Shown here in pieces: positions 57,435 through 64,000 of a stretch of 64,000 nucleotides of DNA. This stretch comes from Christensenella sp. (GTDB lineage: Bacteria > Bacillota > Clostridia > Christensenellales > CAG-917). Both the position numbers and the translations under genes were made by a program. How positions within the stretch are numbered: the stretch's first letter is position 1; the number at the start of each line of letters is the position of its first letter. The notes under the pieces were generated by a model. That model worked only from the letters and a program-made list of their open reading frames with translations. It had not been told where the DNA came from and did no database searches. The DNA is taken from NCBI GenBank assembly GCA_022009775.1, contig CP091723.1:223382-287381 (forward strand), read 5' to 3'.

Positions 57435-57777
57435 AAAGTAACCTCCTAAGTTTCTTTATTAGTTGCATTATAACAAGTTTTATTAAAATATTCAATAGCA
57501 AACGAGCATTTTTTCGCACCTTAAAATTCTATTTTCGACAAAATTTTCGGAATTTATCGTTCCGTGCGTTTAGATATTGATTTTTAAAGTTAAAAATAAA
57601 ATCGACTTTTTGCCGATTTTAACATTTCTGTCAGAATCTCTTTGCAAAAAGCCGATTGCTTCTTCAAATTTCAGACGATTTCGTCCGTTCTCCGCAAAAA
57701 GCAGTTCAGGAAACAAAAACTATCGCACGCGTCAACGAAACAAAACGGATTGCGATTTTTATCGTCTGTCGCTTGCG

Positions 57778-60316
57778 TTACGCTTTCTCGAACGTAAGTT
57801 TTTCGCCGTCAAACCCTATCTTCACTTTGTCGGACGAGCCTATTTCTCCGCGTATGATTTTTTTCGCTCAAAACGTCTTCGACAAGGCGTTGAATCGTTC
57901 TTCTCAACGGTCTTGCGCCGTATTCGGGATCGTATCCGACGGTGACGATATAATCTTTCGCTTCTCCTGAAAACTCCGTCGTAACTCCGCGCTCCGCAAG
58001 GCGTTTGACAAGGGACGCAAGCATAAGGTTCGCAATCTTCACAAGACTTTCTTTGTCCAGTTTTTTGAAAACCACGATTTCGTCTATGCGGTTGACTATC
58101 TCGGGTTTCATCACCTGTTTCAACGCTTGAACGTGGCTCTCTTTTGCCCGCTCGAAGTCGTTTTCTTTTTGAGCCGCAGACGTAAAACCAAGCGTGTGAT
58201 GCGGAGTTGCCGCTTCTTTTGCGCCGATGTTGGAAGTGAGAATGACGACTGTGTTTTTGAAACTTACCGTGCGTCCGTGACTGTCGGTGAGTATGCCGTC
58301 TTCAAGGATTTGCAAAAGGAGATTGAATATGTCGGGATGTCCTTTTTCGATTTCATCGAAAAGCACGACGGAATAAGGCTTTCTGCGCACTTTTTCGGTG
58401 AGTTGTCCGCCTTCTTCGAAGCCGACAAGCCCCGGCGCAGAACCGATAAGTCTCGACACGCTGTCTTTTTCCATATACTCGCTCATGTCTATGCGCACAA
58501 GAAGGTCTTCGTCTCCGAACAACGCGCCTGCAAGAGCCTTTGCTAGTTCCGTCTTTCCGACACCCGTCGGACCAAGGAATATGAACGAGCCTATCGGGCG
58601 TTTGGGATCTTTCAGTCCAGCCCTTGCACGTTTCACCGCTCTTGCCACCGCACTGCAAGCATCGTCCTGTCCGATAACTCTAGATTTGAGAATATCTTCG
58701 AGTCCCGCAAGTTTTTCGCTTTCGCCCTGCGTGTTTTTTTTTACGGGAATACCCGTCCAGTTGCCGACGACTTCCGCAATCTCGTCTTCGCCTATCGAAA
58801 GGGATACGTTTGCGCATTTTTCCTTCCATTCGATTTCCGCTTTTTCGCGTTTTTCGATGTAGTCGTCGCGAAGTGCCTTATACTTTGCGCACAGTTCGAA
58901 ATTGTCTCTTCTTTTCGCTTCGAAAAGGTCGAGGTCGGCTTGTTTTATCTTCTCGTCAAGGTCCCTTATTTCGCTAGGCGTGGTGAAATTGAAAATCTTC
59001 TTTCTCGACGCAGCCTCGTCAATAAGATCAATCGCCTTGTCCGGCAAAAATCTGTCCGCAACATATCTGTCAGATAGTATCGCCGCCGACGAAATTGCTT
59101 CATCGGTGATGATTACGCCGTGATGTTTTTCGTATTTCTCTTTCAGCCCTTGCAAGATTTCTATCGTGTCGCTGACGCTCGGCTCTTCCACCAAAACGGG
59201 TTGAAAACGGCGTTCTAACGCACTGTCTTGCTCAAATTGCTTGCGATATTCTTCAAGCGTGGTCGCGCCTATCGTCTGCAACTCGCCCCTTGCGAGCATA
59301 GGCTTCAACACGTTGGCGATGTCAAGTCCGCCTTCCGACGAACCCGCTTTGAGAATGGTGTGTATCTCGTCGATAAAAAGAAGCACGTTGCCCCTTTGTT
59401 TTATGCCCGAAAGAGTCGCTTTGAGTCTTTCTTCGAAGTCTCCGCGGTATCTCGTGCCTGCAACGAGAGACGTAAGGTCAAGCGAAAAAACCGTTTTTCC
59501 GCGCAAAGCGTCGGGAACGTCGCCTTTTACGATTGCTTGCGCAAGTCCGTCCACAACCGCACTTTTGCCAACGCCCGGTTCGCCTATGAGAACGGGATTG
59601 TTCTTCGTACGTCTGCAAAGCACCTGTATCACGCGCTCCGTCTCTTTTCCCCTGCCGATGACTGGATCGAGTTTTCCGTCGCGCGCTTTCTGCGTCAAAT
59701 CAGTGCCGTATTTCGACAAATCGAAATCTGCGCTCTTTTCTTCGGGATTGCGACTGAAATTTTGAGAAAAAGCGGTATCTAATTCACTGTTTTTGCTTTT
59801 TCCGACTTGTCCGCCGTCTCCGTAAAAATCACTGACGTAACCTGCAAGCGCATCGTTTACGCTTTCTTTTGCGCCTGCTCCGCACATGCTCGGTTGCGCG
59901 CCGCCGCCCGACACTATCGCACCGTACGCAAGCCTTTGAAGGCTTTCGGGGTCTATACCGAACGAGCGTATGAGTTGCACCGCAACCGAACTCGTTTCAT
60001 CAAGAAGCGTGTACATAATATGCTCCGTGCCGACCGCAGGCGAGCCGAGTCGAAGCGCAATTTTTTTTGCTCCCGCAAAAGCGTTGTTTGCTCTTGAGGA
60101 CATCTGAACGTTGTTGCGCATAGGCATAGGTTGAAATACGGAAATCACGTCTCCTTCGTATATTCCGCATTGATTGAGCAATCTTTGCGCGCTCGAGCCG
60201 TCGGACGCAAGCAATCCGTAAAGTAAATGCTCCGTGCAAACGAGACCGCCCGTGCGAGCGGCAAGTTCCTGCGCGATTTCAATAACCTGTTGTGCGTTGT
60301 GCGAGTAAGTTATCAT
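57778..60316 (-). CDS. clpC: ATP-dependent Clp protease ATP-binding subunit ClpC (1-nt insertion in an A/T7 run near 57855 alters the last ~30 codons)
   Basis: Clp_N repeats and two AAA modules (GEPGVGKSA, GPTGVGKTE). The corrected C-terminus reads ..SEKIIRGEIGSSDKVKIGFDGEKLTFEKA. Confidence 0.92.
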
Positions 60317-61761
60317 TTTGTCTCCGAAAGTATGTCTCTGACGATACGGGCACGCAATTTGTCGCGCTCTTCGCTCGATTCGCCCGCAATTATTTTCAGT
60401 GCGGACGACGTGCAAGACCATATCGTCTCGTCAAGTTTTTGAGTTGATTTTATGGGTAAAACGCCAAGTATGACGCCCATTTTGACGTCGACGAGCAACT
60501 TCATCAAATCCTGTGCGGACAGCGCGTACGCGCCCTTCAACACCGCATAACTCTTGGATATGCCGTCCAAAAGCGACGTTTGTTGCTCTTTTGCAAGTTT
60601 TTCGAGCGCGACTCTTTCGAGATAGCACATTCTCACTGCCGCCTGCTCCACCTGCTCTATTATCTCTTCTTCCGTCACGCCGAGCGTTCTTGAATTCGAT
60701 ATTTGATACATATCGTACATTGCGTCGCTACCTTCACCGAAAACGCCGCGCACGGTCAAACCGAATTCGTTCTTGAACGTTTTGAGTGCGTCTTCGATCG
60801 CACCCGCTCTTTTGAGCGCAGGCAAAAACAACATAACCGAAGCGCGCATCCCCGTGCCGAGATTTGTCGGGCACGCCGTGAGAAAGCCGAGTTCGTCGTC
60901 GTATGCGATAGGCAACGTGTCGAGCAGTCTGTCGTCGTACTCTTTCAACTTTCCGTACGCACCGTGAAGGTCGAAGCCGTCAACTACGCATTGCTCTCTT
61001 ATATGATCTTCTTCGTTGACCATAACGGACACGCCGCCGTACTTTTTGTCTCCTTCGACGATGACCGCACCAACGTCGTTGTTTGCGAGCGCAAGCGAGA
61101 TAAAGTGGCGTTCTATCAATGCTTTTTTCTGGTCTTTCCCGAGTTTGCGCATAGGCAAAAGCCTTGCGTTGAACAGTCCTTGCGCCGCCGCGTACGCACC
61201 GTTGATGAGATTTACGTCTCTTTCGTCAACCGATTTGCGATTGCGCGGAAATTCGAGTCCGCGCACGTTTCTGGCAAGTCGTATGCGAGAAGAAACGACG
61301 TTGTTTTCGACAAGTTCGAGCAAAGTGCATTCGTTTGCGCTTTTGAGAATTCGTTTTTCTTCGCAATCGCGATTATATTCTCGTCTTTGCGCAAAAAGCG
61401 TGCTTTGCATATCCATTCCGCGCCCGAAACAATCCCGTCTCGGATTTTTCAAATCCGCATACGTCATTCCCTGCGATTTCAACGCGCTTTCAACGGCTAT
61501 ATTCCGCATTTGCGTATAACACTCGGGACAGCCGAAAAGAAACGTTTTTTTGAATTCTTCCTGCGTGTATCCGCATACGTCGCATTCTTTGCCTATTCTC
61601 GCAATGCGTTTTTTCGCTTCTTCGCTCGGCGTTTTGCCGTCTTTGAGCAACGACGTGTAGCACGCCCGACAATAAGCGTACTCGACGGTTCTTCCGTTTT
61701 CTGTCACGCGGTCGAACATTTCCGCCGCCATGCGCCTGCATATATCACACGTCTTTTGCAT
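60313..61761 (-). CDS. mcsB: Protein arginine kinase McsB fused to an N-terminal McsA-like 4x CxxC zinc-finger region
   Basis: N-terminal CDIC..CRAC..CDVC..CPEC, then SSRIRLARN.., EEDHIR, CPTNLGTGMRAS (guanido-kinase motifs). ATGA overlap with clpC. Confidence 0.85.
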   Translation of the reverse strand: MQKTCDICRRMAAEMFDRVTENGRTVEYAYCRACYTSLLKDGKTPSEEAKKRIARIGKECDVCGYTQEEFKKTFLFGCPECYTQMRNIAVESALKSQGMTYADLKNPRRDCFGRGMDMQSTLFAQRREYNRDCEEKRILKSANECTLLELVENNVVSSRIRLARNVRGLEFPRNRKSVDERDVNLINGAYAAAQGLFNARLLPMRKLGKDQKKALIERHFISLALANNDVGAVIVEGDKKYGGVSVMVNEEDHIREQCVVDGFDLHGAYGKLKEYDDRLLDTLPIAYDDELGFLTACPTNLGTGMRASVMLFLPALKRAGAIEDALKTFKNEFGLTVRGVFGEGSDAMYDMYQISNSRTLGVTEEEIIEQVEQAAVRMCYLERVALEKLAKEQQTSLLDGISKSYAVLKGAYALSAQDLMKLLVDVKMGVILGVLPIKSTQKLDETIWSCTSSALKIIAGESSEERDKLRARIVRDILSETK

Positions 61762-61786
61762 TTTTCGTTGCTAGTTTATAGTCGCA

Positions 61787-61819
61787 TATCTGCGTTTTCA
61801 ATCACCGAAAACGCAGATA
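61787..61819 (-). terminator. Hairpin downstream of galU (weak terminator candidate)
   Basis: 13-bp perfect stem TATCTGCGTTTTC/GAAAACGCAGATA with a 7-nt loop. No U-tail on the minus strand. Confidence 0.4.
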
Positions 61820-61855
61820 CGACAAACAATGTTTCGTTCTGAAAACAATTGCGTT

Positions 61856-62718
61856 TTACGCCTTTATGCTTTCGATGTATTTTTTGAAATTCTTTTTGAG
61901 ATTTTCGTCTCTTAGTGCGTATTCGATCGTGGCTTCGAGATAACCTTCTTTGTTGCCTATATCGTATCTTCTCGCTTCGAACTCGCAAGCGTATACGCCC
62001 TTCGTCTCCGCAAGCAAATTTATGGCTTCGGTGAGATACACTTCGCCTTTCGTTTCGGGCGTTTTTTCTATTGCGTCGAATATGTCGGGAGAAAGAATAA
62101 ATCTTCCGAGAGATACGAGTTTGCTCGGAATTTCACCCTGCGGTTTTTCGATTATGCCCTTGATTTTGGTTATCTTGTCCGAAACGGGCTTGTCGACAAT
62201 CATCACTCCGCAACGTCTTGCCACGTCTTCGGGCGTTTGCTGACATCCGACTATCGTTCCGCCCGTCTTTTCATATGCGTCAATGAGTTGTTTCGTGACC
62301 GGCGTCGCGCTTCCCGAATACATGACGTCGTCGCCGAAAAGCACCGCGACAGGCTCGCCGTTTGCAAATTTTTGCAAAGCAAAATGGCGTTGGCGTTGCC
62401 GTTCATCGTCTCTTGGGTGACAAACGATATTTTTGCATTTATAGACTTATTGGCAAGCAAATACGACTCTTTGTCACCAACTTCTTCCAGTCTTGCGTTG
62501 AGCGCAACGTTGGGCTCGAACAAACGCCTTATATCTTCCTTTTGCGGAGATATGACGATGACGATTTCTTCTATGCCGCTTGCCACCGCTTCGTCAACGA
62601 TATACGACAAAGCGGGCGTGTCCACGATAGGCAAAAGTTCCTTTGGCAAAACTTTCGTCACGGGCAAAAATCTCGTGCCGAAGCCGGCGCAAGGAATGAT
62701 CGCTTTCTTCACTGACAT
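61856..62718 (-). CDS. galU: UTP--glucose-1-phosphate uridylyltransferase (frameshift in a homopolymer near 62365-62380)
   Basis: KAIIPCAGFGTRFLPVTK..PKELLPIVD and ..FGDDVM.. Confidence 0.9.
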
Positions 62719-62802
62719 ACGCGTGTCCCCCCTACGGTCGTTTTTTATACCTTATGCGACGAAAACGTCGCTTATACTGTGAGATAATGCGTTTAAAGCA
62801 AA

Positions 62803-63789
62803 TTATTTCTCAAATCCGTGCGGATGAGTGGAATGCCACTTCCATGCGGACGAAATGATGCTTTCAAGGCTGTCGTATTGCGGCTTCCAACCGAGTTCGC
62901 GCTTGATTTTTTCACTTGAAGCGACAAGCGTTGCCGGGTCGCCGGGACGACGTCCTTCTATCGTGCGTTTGATGGGAAGTCCCGTGACTTTTTCCGTCAT
63001 ATCGATGACTTGTTTGACGGAAAAGCCGTTGCCGTTGCCGAGATTGTAGTGCGTGGATTTTCCGCCTGCTTTGAGATATGCGAGCGCGCGGATGTGTGCG
63101 TCGGCAAGGTCCGTGATGTGAATGTAGTCTCTAACGCAAGTGCCGTCAGGCGTGGGATAATCTTCTCCGAAGATTCCGATGTGGTCTCTCGTGCCGTTTG
63201 CAACCTGCAAAATTATCGGAATAAGGTGCGATTCGGGATTGTGCGCTTCACCGATTTCACCGCTCTTGTGTGCGCCTGCCGCATTGAAATAACGAAGTGC
63301 GACGTATTTGAGGCCGTACGCCTTGTCATAGTCCTGCATGAACTGCTCCATCATAAGTTTGGTCTGTCCGTAAACGCTAGTGGGATGTTGGGGGCTGTCT
63401 TCTGTGATGAGACCGTCTCCGCAGTCTCCGTATGTTGCCGCCGACGACGAGAAAACGAGATATTTCACGTCTCTTGCAATCATTGCGTCAAGAAGGGCGA
63501 GCGTGCCTGCAACGTTGTTGTGATAATACTTCGCAGGGTTGGACATACTCTCTCCGACGAGCGAGAACGCCGCAAAGTGAATGACTGAATCCACACCGTA
63601 TTTTTCAAAAGTGTTTTTGAGAAGTTCGACATCAAAGATGTCGCCCTTGACAAACGGAACGTCCGACGGAACGGATTCGATATGACCTGTGGAAAGATTG
63701 TCGTACACCACAACGTCCATATTACGCTCTTTGAGTTCTCTTACGCAATGCGAGCCGATATAGCCGGCTCCGCCCGTGACCAAAATCAT
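62803..63789 (-). CDS. galE: UDP-glucose 4-epimerase
   Basis: MILVTGGAGYIGSH, YGQTKLM (YxxxK). 328 aa. Confidence 0.92.
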   Translation of the reverse strand: MILVTGGAGYIGSHCVRELKERNMDVVVYDNLSTGHIESVPSDVPFVKGDIFDVELLKNTFEKYGVDSVIHFAAFSLVGESMSNPAKYYHNNVAGTLALLDAMIARDVKYLVFSSSAATYGDCGDGLITEDSPQHPTSVYGQTKLMMEQFMQDYDKAYGLKYVALRYFNAAGAHKSGEIGEAHNPESHLIPIILQVANGTRDHIGIFGEDYPTPDGTCVRDYIHITDLADAHIRALAYLKAGGKSTHYNLGNGNGFSVKQVIDMTEKVTGLPIKRTIEGRRPGDPATLVASSEKIKRELGWKPQYDSLESIISSAWKWHSTHPHGFEK

Positions 63790-63908
63790 ATTGCACTCCT
63801 TGTGCGCAAGCGCATAACGATACGCATTTGCGCCGATATTAAAATTCTATGACATATTATAAACTAGAACCGCTTGTTTTGCAAGACAAAATCGTATATA
63901 ATCAAATC

Positions 63909-64000
63909 GTGGGAAGAACAATTTTACATTGCGACCTTAATAATTTCTACGCATCGGTAGAACAAAAACTGCATCCCGAATACGACGGGATGCCACTTGC
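63909..64000 (+). CDS. Y-family DNA polymerase (DinB/Pol IV-like), 5' fragment running off the window
   Basis: GTG start. ..ILHCDLNNFYASVEQKLHPEYDGMPL matches the N-terminal h-h-H-x-D-h-D/N-x-F-Y-A-S-V-E motif. Confidence 0.6.
   Translation, partial: MGRTILHCDLNNFYASVEQKLHPEYDGMPL

Noticed and set aside
57435-57800. raiA-motif RNA upstream of the hpf/raiA-type gene
   Set aside because: The upstream region is AT-rich, with no extended conserved-looking GC-rich structure that I could fold. Nothing there resembles a ~200-nt structured RNA.
61762-61855. CtsR operator upstream of the mcsB-clpC genes
   Set aside because: No tandem GGTCAAA-type heptad repeat is visible. The spacer is dominated by a 13-bp hairpin that more likely ends the galU transcript.

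Overview
This is a 64-kb window from an endospore-forming Firmicutes/Clostridia-type genome, with almost all genes on the minus strand. About 12.2-64 kb is conserved housekeeping sequence. It holds a tRNA cluster, ispA-xseB-xseA-nusB-asp23, spoIIIAA-AH, efp, rny, recA, cinA, pgsA, rimO, ftsK, pnp, rpsO, relA, recJ, secDF, yajC, tgt, queA, ruvCAB, pgi, hpf, clpC/mcsB, galU and galE.

The first ~12 kb is an accessory locus. It carries a membrane-anchored McrB-like AAA+ protein and a SipW-type signal peptidase. It also carries three divergent paralogues of a secreted protein, two with a SipW-class signal peptide and one TapA-like. An AT-rich two-gene nucleotidyltransferase + Abi2/HEPN island sits there with its own consensus promoter, next to a degenerate EAL protein.

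The most unusual content is non-coding:
1. A structured repeat I call the L-element has a ~185-nt conserved core and occurs 7 times in the window. It shows compensatory stem substitutions and variable expansion helices, and sits 70-110 nt upstream of all three secreted paralogues.
2. Two ~505-bp, ~99% identical inverted arms bracket a 3.65-kb segment. Each arm holds an L-element, the 5' UTR and the signal-peptide codons. The segment holds the variable gene bodies and the NTase/HEPN island, so it is a candidate invertible switch.
3. A family of nested-hairpin, terminator-like modules (T-modules) lies just downstream of stop codons. Some have outer arms complementary to the 3' end of the upstream CDS.
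4. A duplicated ~103-nt tRNA-Gly-derived minihelix lies in the tRNA cluster.

At least 13 genes, many of them essential, are split by single-base indels in homopolymers. I read these as assembly errors, not pseudogenes. I could not identify the L-element with any RNA family I know and could not run any searches. Coordinates of non-coding features are accurate to within a few nt.
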